A DNA stretch of 63,111 nt, filler included. It is 7 parts of 7 records of this genome, joined end to end, with 100 filler letters (N's around TTAATTAATTAA, not from the genome) between each part and the next. Parts side by side here need not be neighbours in the genome. Positions count along the whole stretch, not along the records: positions 1 to 23,699 come from SRR31147125_69597; 6 more parts are not named here. One strand, given 5' to 3'. The notes under the pieces are model-generated. The model made no database searches and was not told the DNA's origin. It worked only from the letters and a program-made list of their open reading frames with translations. The position numbers were made by a program, and so were the translations under genes. The first letter of the stretch is position 1; each line of letters opens with the position of its first letter. Shown piece by piece: positions 1 through 9,031 of this stretch.

Positions 1-28
1 GCAACGATGAGATTGGGCAAAATGATCG

Positions 29-292
29 TTATCGGATCGAAACTAACTGATAATGGAACCCGGACCGGGTTCCTGTCATGAAGCTCAGGAAAACCCGACC
101 CACCGCATCCCGTAGTCGGAGGGGGAGCAAATGAAGCGGGCGCCCCCCGAGTTTGATGCTCGAGGCGGACATCACTTTTTTCACATCTTTACTCCGGCAG
201 GACTCGCAGGAGACCTCCGACGTGTCAGTTGACGAGACTATCGCTTCAAATTCTGTCTTGCACGAATTGCAGATAAATTCATAGATCGGCAT
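29..292 (-). CDS. FmdB-family zinc-ribbon protein (C-terminus probably distorted by homopolymer indels)
   Basis: N-terminal MPIYEFxCxxC...CxxC...KKVMS signature; a G/C-rich tail (TTGCGGSGF) lies in an adjacent frame. Confidence 0.85.
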   Translation of the reverse strand: MPIYEFICNSCKTEFEAIVSSTDTSEVSCESCRSKDVKKVMSASSIKLGGRPLHLLPLRLRDAVGRVFLSFMTGTRSGFHYQLVSIR

Positions 293-459
293 AGCTGAGA
301 TCCTTGTTGTCGGGTACTGATTTCAGTTTTCGTCGGGCTGGATTGTCTATTAAATGGATTACTTTAATAGGGTAATGCATTCCTGCGGGAAATAAAGGGG
401 AAAGGAGTGGTTCCCTTGAAAGTGGTCTTTTGGCTCACCCCTATTTTCCAAACCACCTT

Positions 460-831
460 TTATTCAACCAGCGACTGGAAAATCTTACAATCCCGGCAGA
501 TGTTGATCTTGTCCTTGTAGGATGTGTCTACGGTACAGTCGCAGAGGGTACCGCACAGGAACCAGCACAGGTGTCCACTCTGAAATTCCCATGCCGGACA
601 TGCTTCTTTCTGCCCGCAGTCTTTCTGCTCCCAGCAGGGTACGAGTTCGTCGTTGCGACCACGCTGTTTGATGAGGAGAAAATAGAGCTGTCGTTCTATG
701 TGAGCCGGGATCGATCGCCATCCCTGTTCATAACTGTGTATGGTTTTTAATGACATTCCCAACAGGGCAGCGAGTTGTTTCTGGGTTTTTCCGAGTTTTT
801 TCCTGATGGTGCTGAATTCCGCTTTTTCCAT
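460..831 (-). CDS. XRE/HTH_3 transcriptional regulator fused to a Cys-rich two-CW domain
   Basis: IRKKLGKTQKQLAALLGMSLKTIHSYEQG helix-turn-helix, then CWEQKDC..CPAW..LCWFLCGTLC..CRDC. Confidence 0.8.
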   Translation of the reverse strand: MEKAEFSTIRKKLGKTQKQLAALLGMSLKTIHSYEQGWRSIPAHIERQLYFLLIKQRGRNDELVPCWEQKDCGQKEACPAWEFQSGHLCWFLCGTLCDCTVDTSYKDKINICRDCKIFQSLVE

Positions 832-1107
832 GATAGTGATTCCAGAATGCTGAGTTATTGAATATTTATCAGGCAGCCCTGCCGTCTGAATGGTGTATAT
901 GTTCATATCTTATACCACAAATGGAGAAACTATGCTGCGGAAAAGTACTACATTTTGAATAAACGTGCATCGGGGGAGACACGAATCTGAAATTTCGTTC
1001 ATATAACGGTGCGTCGGCCGTTCTGTGGTGAAAGATATTGCGTCCGGTCTCCAAACCATATACGTTTCGTGATCATGCGTAATCGGTCACTTCCGCCAGG
1101 ATAACTC

Positions 1108-1893
1108 TTGAAAACCCGCGCCAGGCTTCTCAAATCAATGCGATCGCTGATTGGGTATCACCACTCATGTGGTATCGCACACTATTCATCCACCCCACAG
1201 GTCCGATCGGGGCTGGAGGCTCTTGAGCGGTTTGTCTCTGATGCCCCGGCACCGAAGTATATCCGCTCGGAAACGTTGCCGAAAGCGGTCGAAAAGCCCC
1301 CGAAATCCGAGGCGGTGGGCGGCATCAGCATGGAAGATCTGACCGCAGAGGTTGGCGGGTGTCGGATATGTCCGTTGCATGAATCGAGGATGACAAGCAC
1401 TGCGGGGCGCGGAGGGAAGAGTCCGCACCTGCTGATTGTCGGTGACTGGCTGGTACATGGGCCCGGGTTGCAGGATGAAGGGTTGTTTGGGGCTGAGCAG
1501 GATCGGATGCTGGACAACATGATAAAGGCATTGGGGCTGGCGCCGGGAGATGTGTTCGTAACCAACATCATCAAGTGCAGTGTGGAGGCGTCGTACCGGG
1601 CTGCTGCCGAGCACCTGGCGGCCTGCTCATCCTATCTCGATCAGCAGATAGCGCTGCTGCGGCCAGCGGTGATCTGCACGATGGGCAGTATCTCATCCCA
1701 GGCCCTGCTTAACACTGAAGACTCACTGATCAGCCTGCGTGGAGAATTCCACCGATACAGGATCGCGGACGGGAGCGTCATCAGCGTGATGCCGACCTTC
1801 CATCCAACCTATCTGTTGAAGAATCCGGAAATGAAGAAGCCGGCCTGGAGTGACCTCCAGAAGATCGGGAAGTTCCTGGCTCAGCGGCGATAG
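1108..1893 (+). CDS. Uracil-DNA glycosylase family 4-like protein
   Basis: CRICPLHESR, TNIIKC and C..YL (Fe-S cysteines); PTFHPTYLL motif B. Confidence 0.85.
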   Translation: MKTRARLLKSMRSLIGYHHSCGIAHYSSTPQVRSGLEALERFVSDAPAPKYIRSETLPKAVEKPPKSEAVGGISMEDLTAEVGGCRICPLHESRMTSTAGRGGKSPHLLIVGDWLVHGPGLQDEGLFGAEQDRMLDNMIKALGLAPGDVFVTNIIKCSVEASYRAAAEHLAACSSYLDQQIALLRPAVICTMGSISSQALLNTEDSLISLRGEFHRYRIADGSVISVMPTFHPTYLLKNPEMKKPAWSDLQKIGKFLAQRR

Positions 1894-1933
1894 CCTGCGT
1901 CAGTGGTGTGCGTAACCTCGTGTGACGGTGAGC

Positions 1934-2317
1934 TCAGCGCAGGGCGACCAAGCCCCGTTTCCCTAACTCGCGAAGGAATATGGTAATCGGCTGTTCCGCT
2001 TCAGTAACCGAGATCTTGTGAATACCGGCGAAGTCTTCGATCAGCGTAGCGGTGGTTCTTTCTCCGTCTATCATCTGCCACACCTGACTGCCCATCTCAT
2101 CGAGCTGAAGTTTCCTGGTAGGCGGGGCCGATCTCGACGTGTCGAAGCGTTTGAAAATAGAGAGCAGGAACGGTTTGAGCAGCAGCACATATTCGACCTG
2201 TACGAGACCGGTCTCGAGTATCTTCCAGTTGACAACGTTGTTTTTTACGGGTGTGCAGGCCAGGGCCTGCTCACGTGTCAGCATTGGTTGTTTACGCTTC
2301 TTCCTGAATAATCCCAT
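1934..2317 (-). CDS. PqqD-family (RRE-like) protein
   Basis: LDEMGSQVWQMIDGERT...IEDF...FLRELGKRGLV matches the PqqD pattern; overlaps the upstream gene's stop. Confidence 0.8.
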   Translation of the reverse strand: MGLFRKKRKQPMLTREQALACTPVKNNVVNWKILETGLVQVEYVLLLKPFLLSIFKRFDTSRSAPPTRKLQLDEMGSQVWQMIDGERTTATLIEDFAGIHKISVTEAEQPITIFLRELGKRGLVALR

Positions 2318-3164
2318 ATCCGTTTTCCAGCTCGGTTACCCACTCAGACGGTGGTCTGCGACCGGTGGAGAGCAGCCACCCCAGTATCCGGTCTGTGTAG
2401 GCAAAGTGGGTAAACGATGCTCGTACAAAAGGGTATTGACGCCTCAGTCCTAGCCAGAGCTGTTTCGTCAGCGTCGGCGATGAATGATAGCGCAGCGTGG
2501 TGGGATCGACAAGCTGAATTGTTTCGGTCGGGGCGGCGCAGAACGAGGCGAAGAGTGTCTTGAAACCGTTTCGCTTGAGATGGTGTGATGCTGGTGCCAT
2601 CCTGATGATCCGAAGGTCCGCTTTTCTGCTCTTGAACAGCAGGTTACTGACCCCGAACTGGAATACGCATGAGTCAAGCTCGAACCCATCGGGAACCAAG
2701 AAGAAGAAATCGTGAATTCGCCAGTTCCCGGCCGTCTCTGCATCCCCATGGCAGCGCAGCGATGCCAGAGCTGATTTGTGATCAGCGGACAGGCCTGACG
2801 GGGATTGATGCAGGCCGGCCAGAATTGTCATGCTACACTTCCGGCAAATCAGCAGCAGTGAGGGGATTCCTTGGGGGCCGCCGTCCAGCACGGTGATCTC
2901 GAATCGTCGGGTCAGGTCGTCTGGTAATTCGAGGCTGTGTGATGGGGGAGCACCTGTCGGAAAAACCCGCTGTCCGAGTTGTTTGACAATTGATTCGGTG
3001 TGACGACGGGATGGGTGTTTTGCCGACTGTTGCCAGCGAATTTCAAGACAGGGGGAGAGTTCGTGTTCGAAAATTAAATGGCGGGGGCTTTTGACTATCG
3101 CTTCCCAGGAACCGGGAATTGTAATGGAGAGGCGGTTCCAGTTAATATCTTTGAGTGCGGACAA
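2292..3164 (-). CDS. Hypothetical protein, possibly two PsbP/DcrB-like units
   Basis: 290-aa ORF co-oriented with the cluster; repeated motifs SITIPGSWE and FFLVPDGFE. Confidence 0.65.
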   Translation of the reverse strand: MSALKDINWNRLSITIPGSWEAIVKSPRHLIFEHELSPCLEIRWQQSAKHPSRRHTESIVKQLGQRVFPTGAPPSHSLELPDDLTRRFEITVLDGGPQGIPSLLLICRKCSMTILAGLHQSPSGLSADHKSALASLRCHGDAETAGNWRIHDFFFLVPDGFELDSCVFQFGVSNLLFKSRKADLRIIRMAPASHHLKRNGFKTLFASFCAAPTETIQLVDPTTLRYHSSPTLTKQLWLGLRRQYPFVRASFTHFAYTDRILGWLLSTGRRPPSEWVTELENGYGIIQEEA

Positions 3165-3315
3165 AGCGGACCCTGTTCAATTACGGAGATTTCAGTCGAT
3201 GCGGGACGGTTTCATTGCCGCAGACAGATCCGGCGGTGGTGACGACACCTGCAGTGCAACGGACGGGGAACCACACTCTCAAGTTGCAGTATTTCCATGA
3301 TTCTGGAAATCAGAG

Positions 3316-3906
3316 CTAGCGGGGAATCATATAGTCCCAGTCGGGCTTTCTCCGTTCTTTTATCTGAGCTCTCTGTTCCTCCGTTTTATTCTCATCACAG
3401 AACTTCATGAAACAGATTCGCTCCTTCTCTTCGCGTTCCGGATACGACATCTTTACCACGTTGCCGATGTTTTCGTCATCGTTTTGCAGATTGTGCTGCA
3501 GAATCAGGTTTACGCGTTCGTTGTTCTCGTCGTACAGACGCCATTTCCAGACATACAGCACACCGAACGCATCTCCCTTCCATTCGGTCGGTTTGCCGTA
3601 TTTTGCCTTAAATCGTTTCAGCAACTCGTCGTAGAATTTCTTGCTCTTGTCCTCATACTTCATTCGTAATTTAAGAATTTGCCCGGGGTATGCGCAGGTT
3701 CCGTAGGAGATAATTCCCTTTCGAAAGCCGTGCCAGTCGTTGATAACAACCTCGCGCAGGTAGTTTGAGGATTCGATTTCGGGATAATCTGTGATATCAC
3801 TGCCCAGCCTGAATCCTCCGATTTCAGTCGGCGCATCGACCGCGACCGCGGTGGACGAGACCATCAGGAAGCCCAGTATGAGACAGAAGAGGGGAAGATG
3901 TTTCAT
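3316..3906 (-). CDS. Secreted/periplasmic hypothetical protein
   Basis: Sec signal peptide (MKHLPLFCLILGFLMVSSTAVA); GGFRLG and KYGKP motifs. Confidence 0.75.
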   Translation of the reverse strand: MKHLPLFCLILGFLMVSSTAVAVDAPTEIGGFRLGSDITDYPEIESSNYLREVVINDWHGFRKGIISYGTCAYPGQILKLRMKYEDKSKKFYDELLKRFKAKYGKPTEWKGDAFGVLYVWKWRLYDENNERVNLILQHNLQNDDENIGNVVKMSYPEREEKERICFMKFCDENKTEEQRAQIKERRKPDWDYMIPR

Positions 3907-3913
3907 GGGTTGA

Positions 3914-4444
3914 CTATATCAGAGAGGTGGCAAGGGGTTCATCGGTTGAAACGAATCTGTCGAGCATATAGGATGTCTGCCCCACCAGACGGCTGACACG
4001 CAACTGGATGACCCGTTCTATCAGAACGTCTTTCTCTGAGGGAAACTTCTCAGTTACCTTTTGAAATACGTGTCGGTTGATAACCAGCACTTCAACATCA
4101 GTCGCGGCTGTAACAGAGAAAAACCAGTCGAACTCCGCAAGAAGTGCCAGCTCGCCGAAAAAATCATCCTTTTTGAGCGGCTGGAGCTTGATTTCCTGAT
4201 CCTTGTGGCGGACCATCACATCGACATTGCCGCTGACCAGTATAAATGCCCTGTCCGCTTTCTGGTCCTGCTCGATGAGTCGGTCCCCTGCCCGGTAGGA
4301 CCGGCGCACGGACAGATAGGCGAAGAGCTTTATCATATCCAGGTTGACGCCACCGAGGAGTTCGCTGTGCCGGAGCAGATCGAAATCCCGCGACAGTCTG
4401 CAGGGTTGCGAGGTATCAGGAATGGGTTCCGTTGACGAGTTCAT
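3914..4444 (-). CDS. Stand-alone cyclic-nucleotide-binding domain protein
   Basis: LIEQDQKADRAFILVSGNV...FFGELALL cNMP-binding motifs; no HTH; start overlaps the end of the ABC exporter. Confidence 0.85.
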   Translation of the reverse strand: MNSSTEPIPDTSQPCRLSRDFDLLRHSELLGGVNLDMIKLFAYLSVRRSYRAGDRLIEQDQKADRAFILVSGNVDVMVRHKDQEIKLQPLKKDDFFGELALLAEFDWFFSVTAATDVEVLVINRHVFQKVTEKFPSEKDVLIERVIQLRVSRLVGQTSYMLDRFVSTDEPLATSLI

Positions 4445-6998
4445 ACAGTATGCCTTTTCGTTCGATAAGATCGTCATAAGTTCCCGATTCGACGATCTTA
4501 CCTTCTTTCATAACTAAAATATGGTCATATTCCGAAATCATGTCAAGCCGGTGTACTACCGCTATAACTGTTGTTTTTCCTTTTAATTTTCTGGTGATAT
4601 AGTGCTGAATCCGGGTCTGTGAGTTGTTGTCGAGACTTGCGGTTGCCTCGTCGAGGATCAGGACGGGAGCATTCTTGAGCAGTGTCCGGGCAAGGGCAAG
4701 TTTCTGCTTCTGGCCGCCGGAAAGGTTGTCTCCTTTGGAGCCGACGTGAAAATCCAGGCCAATTTCAAGGATGTCTCTTTCCAGGCCGTATCGCTCGAAT
4801 TCCTCTCGGGCGAGTACGCCGAGTTTTTCCCTGATCAGGTCCTGGTCGATGATCGTGCCGAAAATGATGTTGTCCCGCAGTGTGTGGGAGAAAAGATAGT
4901 GATTGACGCAGAATGGAGTGAATTGCTCGGTCTTTTCGGAAGTGGTTTCGCTCGGTTCGAGTGGTTTGATTTCGGTTTGCAGTTCGCCGTTGCTGCACTG
5001 TTCGATATCGATTGAAGCAATCTCTTTTAAAAAGCGTGCGCGGGCCGACATGATTGAATCGGTCAGCTGCTGCGGAAGCGTCACGATCTTGTGGATTCCC
5101 GGTGTGAAGCGCAGGCCGAGCAGGAGCAGGCGGTCCCGATCTTTGCTGCGCAGACCGGAGAGAGCTCGCCCGTTCTGGGTCCTGGCCAGGATTTTCCGGT
5201 ATGTGCTGATTTCATCCGGCTTCATCGGGCTGCCCTGGAAGAGGAAGGCGTCATCGGCGAATTCCCCGAGCAGTGAGATGGTTGCGGAGGCTATCGCAAG
5301 CCCGAACTCACACAGTTCGCGCTCGAGCTCGATTTCCGCGATAAAATCCCGGAATTCCCGGTTCGTGAGGAGGTTTTTAGGAGTGAAAGCGAGGCCGTAG
5401 CTGCCGAAAATTATGTTTATCGCAACGGGTTTGTAGTGCAGGAATCTGGTTGCGTCATAGAATTCGACCACCTGGGAGAATTCCTCACGCAGGATGGCTC
5501 GAACGACCTTTCTCATCTGCAGAAACCTCGGGATCATCGGTTCGGCGCGCCGGGGATGGATGGTTGAACGAAGCCCCCAGCGGACCAGGTCCTCGATGAG
5601 TCCGACCTCCCTGACGACCTCGATGATATCGTCCTGGGTGGGTAGTTCGTGCCGGGTATCACTCAGGTTCAGGGCGTTACTCGAGTAGAGCAGATTGTCC
5701 CTGACCGTGCCGGTGAAGATGAAAGGGTGCTGGGCAACGCTGCCGATGGCGGCAACGGTGTCCATCCGGGAGATATCCTCCAGGTTGCGGCCGTCTATAC
5801 GGACGGTTCCTTCGCTCTGACGATAGAGCCTGCTGATGATCTGACTCAGCGTACTCTTCCCGGATCCGGAGAAGCCGACAAGAGCCAGGTGCTTGCCGGC
5901 GGGAAGCTCAAACGAAACATCTTCGAGCAGCTGCACCGACTCACTGACCTGGTAGCTGACATTCTCCACTGACACCGAACCGTCGTAGCGGTGCGGTTCT
6001 GTATGAGGTGCTTCGAGCTGAAACTGCGGTTCGTGGTCGAACAGCTCCATGATCTGTTTGTACCTGACCTGGGCGTCCTGGTACGACTGGTAGTAGAGGA
6101 TCACCTCTTTCCAGGGATCGTAGACCTTTTCGTATGCGGACAGGAAGGCGACAAGGGCCCCGATGGTGAATTCACCGTTAATGGCGAGGTAGCCGCCGAC
6201 CAGGAAGAGCAGGAAGGGCCCGATACTCTGGAAGAGGTTGTTGCTGAACTTGATGCCGTATTTGAAGATCGACAGCCGCGCGACGATGTCGTAGAGGCGG
6301 TGGATGAGCCGATCCAGCTTCGTCTGCTCCAGCAGAAATGAGCCGTTTCCCTGTACTTCGTGAATCCCCTCGACCGACTCATTCACTAGGCTGGCCATCT
6401 GGCGCGCAACCATCACCCGTTTACGGTTGTAGGTGTTGTGCCAGCGCTGCAGCAGCGGGATCACCGTCAGCTCCAGCGGGTAGACGATCATGCTGAGAAG
6501 GCCGAGCAGCGGGTTGAGATACACCATGAATCCGAGGAACACAGCAAATGTCAGAACCGATGTGATCGGAACCGCCAGCGCGCCGCCAAGAAATGTGGCA
6601 ATCGCGCTGAGTTCGGCGGTCATTGCAGTGGTGATGGTGCCGGTCTGGGTACGGTGAAAAAAGGTCAACGGCAGCCGCAGGATGTGCTGGTAGATCTCGC
6701 GGCGCATGTCGATCAATATCTTCTGGCCGATAATCGCCTGCAGTGTATTGGCCACGTACTTCAGCAGCCCGGCAATGAGGACCGCTCCCATATAAAGTGC
6801 GCAGTAGAGGTAGAGCTTGTCGACCAGCCGCAGGTTGATCGCGACGTTGATGATCTCACGCTGCATCTCCAGCGGGTAGACCCTGAAGAACAGCGAGATG
6901 ACGATAATCAGCAGCAGCACTACCTGGAGTCCCCGGTAGCGTTTTTTTGCCCAGAAGAGAAGCGGCCGCTGCGTGAGTCGCATCGTTGTCGATTTCAT
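4416..6998 (-). CDS. MsbA-type ABC exporter (TMD+NBD) with a large insertion in the NBD
   Basis: Six-TM N-terminus; Walker A GFSGSGKST, Q-loop, signature LSGGQ, Walker B LILDE, H-loop VVHR. Confidence 0.92.
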   Translation of the reverse strand: MKSTTMRLTQRPLLFWAKKRYRGLQVVLLLIIVISLFFRVYPLEMQREIINVAINLRLVDKLYLYCALYMGAVLIAGLLKYVANTLQAIIGQKILIDMRREIYQHILRLPLTFFHRTQTGTITTAMTAELSAIATFLGGALAVPITSVLTFAVFLGFMVYLNPLLGLLSMIVYPLELTVIPLLQRWHNTYNRKRVMVARQMASLVNESVEGIHEVQGNGSFLLEQTKLDRLIHRLYDIVARLSIFKYGIKFSNNLFQSIGPFLLFLVGGYLAINGEFTIGALVAFLSAYEKVYDPWKEVILYYQSYQDAQVRYKQIMELFDHEPQFQLEAPHTEPHRYDGSVSVENVSYQVSESVQLLEDVSFELPAGKHLALVGFSGSGKSTLSQIISRLYRQSEGTVRIDGRNLEDISRMDTVAAIGSVAQHPFIFTGTVRDNLLYSSNALNLSDTRHELPTQDDIIEVVREVGLIEDLVRWGLRSTIHPRRAEPMIPRFLQMRKVVRAILREEFSQVVEFYDATRFLHYKPVAINIIFGSYGLAFTPKNLLTNREFRDFIAEIELERELCEFGLAIASATISLLGEFADDAFLFQGSPMKPDEISTYRKILARTQNGRALSGLRSKDRDRLLLLGLRFTPGIHKIVTLPQQLTDSIMSARARFLKEIASIDIEQCSNGELQTEIKPLEPSETTSEKTEQFTPFCVNHYLFSHTLRDNIIFGTIIDQDLIREKLGVLAREEFERYGLERDILEIGLDFHVGSKGDNLSGGQKQKLALARTLLKNAPVLILDEATASLDNNSQTRIQHYITRKLKGKTTVIAVVHRLDMISEYDHILVMKEGKIVESGTYDDLIERKGILYELVNGTHS

Positions 6999-7067
6999 GA
7001 TAGTGGTGGTTTGACAGGCGTTGTGCGTAGAATATGCCTGATATGGTAAGCAGCGTGCGGGATTCTG

Positions 7068-9026
7068 TCAGTACGCCATGTAACTCAGCGATTTCATAAT
7101 CAGTGCAAAACCCATCGCGAACATACCGGTGAGACCCATGCCGCACGAAAATCCGGCCAGCAGTACGGGGGCGTACTGCCGCCACATAGCACCGTATTTT
7201 TTCAAGAAGAAATATCTGCCCAACAGTGCTCCCGCCACTTCGAGAATGAGACCGTGCGGCGTTGACTGGCCGAGTCCCCTGACCACCCCGTAGATGAGCA
7301 GGACGGGGAGGCCGAAAATGGAGAGAATAAAATAGAAGATCAGGCCGAGTCCGAGACCCGATGCAACCGTGACACCGTTGAGCGCCTGGTAGAATGCGGA
7401 GTTGCCCTCCAGTGTCGAGGTCTGCATAAGCAGCGTGTTCAGCGCCTGGAGATGCCAGAGCTCCTGCGCATACGGATAGCTGGCCGACGGTATCGGCGCC
7501 AGCCGCCAGATGAACTGCGAGAAGAAGAGCGACGCGATCATCACCACCGGGAAAACGACGATTTCCGCCTTGATGATGCCGCGGATCGATGTGCCGGTCA
7601 GCTCGATCTGCCGGAACTGGACGGTCGCCTCCCCGTAGTTGTGGATCGGGATCGGTGCATACCAGATCTCGATTCCCTGGTAGCCGAAAAAACGAGCCCC
7701 GGCAATGAAACTCGCTTCACGGACAAGCGGGAGGCTGACGAACTGGCCGGCGATTCCCTCCATACGGGCAGTGATATAGGAGATGATCGGGGTGTAGATG
7801 AAGCCGTAGGCGAGGAAGAATATCCACGGAAAGGTCGGTACCAGCCAGACGCACAGAGCTACGTACGCAAGGGTCGAGAACACGTAGATCGCAATCGAGA
7901 TCCAAAAATTGAAGTCACCTCTGCCTTTGGGCGGTTCGAACAGATCCTTCAAGGTGCCTCTGTCGGCAGATGAATCCCTGAACGACCTGACCACTGACCA
8001 GATGCCGATGACGCCGATGGCCAGACCGAGCCCGATGCCGAAGCTCATGTAAAAATCGAAATTGTTGGCGAATACCGTCTCCACGGTCGCCATGCCCGGG
8101 TGCCACCGGTGCAGGATTCCCTGTGCGTAGAGGATCGGGTTCAATATGATCGTGATGATGAGACCGATCAGGCCGCCGATGACCGCCCAGAACGGCAAGA
8201 CCATGCCGACGAAAACGAGGCCGAGATCGAGCTGCAGCCCGGTTGCTACCGCGGGCAGGATCCCTTCGGTGTGACTGGTAAGCTCGATCCACGGAATCGG
8301 GATAAGACGGATTGATTCGGTGAAAATAAGCCCGGAGACCACCGGCAGCAGGACATAGACGGCACCGAAAACCAGGCCGATGACCCCGCCGATGGCGAAC
8401 ACGCGCCACTTCCAGCCCGATTTCTTGTCTTCCGTGGATTCGGCGAGCGCCATCGTGCCGAGAGCACCGACGGGAGCCATCGGGAACGGTAGCTTCTCCA
8501 CATCTGATGTGATGCGGTAGAGCGCATAGCCGAGGCCGAAATGGTCGATGCGCTGGATGATCTGGGAGCCGACCAGCAGCAGGATCGGGATCATCCAGTC
8601 GCGGTGGAAAAAGGTGCGCTCGATGATCGACATCGAGTCCGGTCCCGGGGCGACCCAGGACGGGATGTATTCGGTCAGGCCGAGCATGCGGGCGGCGTCG
8701 GACTGCACCAGATACTGGTTCCACAGCAGCCCCGAGAACGGGGAGGCCAGCGCTGCTCCGGCCATGTAGTAGAGCAGGAATATCTCCTGCTGCTTGAGTT
8801 CGGTGTGTGCCCGCTTGGCGATTTCGGCGAACAGGATGATCGTCACCCAGCGCGCCGCCGGACCGATCCCCTGGCCGATGACGAGTTGCAGGTACATGGA
8901 ACCCGGCATCATCAAAAAACCGATGAAGACGGCTCCGATGACGGTTTTCCAGTCGAACCCCTCCTCAAAATGATCCGGCGCTGGCAGCAGGTCCCGATAT
9001 TCTTTTAGTTCTTTGTCGTCGTACAT
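7068..9026 (-). CDS. OPT-superfamily-like polytopic membrane protein
   Basis: 652 aa, many TM helices, EKLPFP motif and OPT-like N-terminal helices. Confidence 0.75.
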   Translation of the reverse strand: MYDDKELKEYRDLLPAPDHFEEGFDWKTVIGAVFIGFLMMPGSMYLQLVIGQGIGPAARWVTIILFAEIAKRAHTELKQQEIFLLYYMAGAALASPFSGLLWNQYLVQSDAARMLGLTEYIPSWVAPGPDSMSIIERTFFHRDWMIPILLLVGSQIIQRIDHFGLGYALYRITSDVEKLPFPMAPVGALGTMALAESTEDKKSGWKWRVFAIGGVIGLVFGAVYVLLPVVSGLIFTESIRLIPIPWIELTSHTEGILPAVATGLQLDLGLVFVGMVLPFWAVIGGLIGLIITIILNPILYAQGILHRWHPGMATVETVFANNFDFYMSFGIGLGLAIGVIGIWSVVRSFRDSSADRGTLKDLFEPPKGRGDFNFWISIAIYVFSTLAYVALCVWLVPTFPWIFFLAYGFIYTPIISYITARMEGIAGQFVSLPLVREASFIAGARFFGYQGIEIWYAPIPIHNYGEATVQFRQIELTGTSIRGIIKAEIVVFPVVMIASLFFSQFIWRLAPIPSASYPYAQELWHLQALNTLLMQTSTLEGNSAFYQALNGVTVASGLGLGLIFYFILSIFGLPVLLIYGVVRGLGQSTPHGLILEVAGALLGRYFFLKKYGAMWRQYAPVLLAGFSCGMGLTGMFAMGFALIMKSLSYMAY

Positions 9027-9031
9027 ATGCC

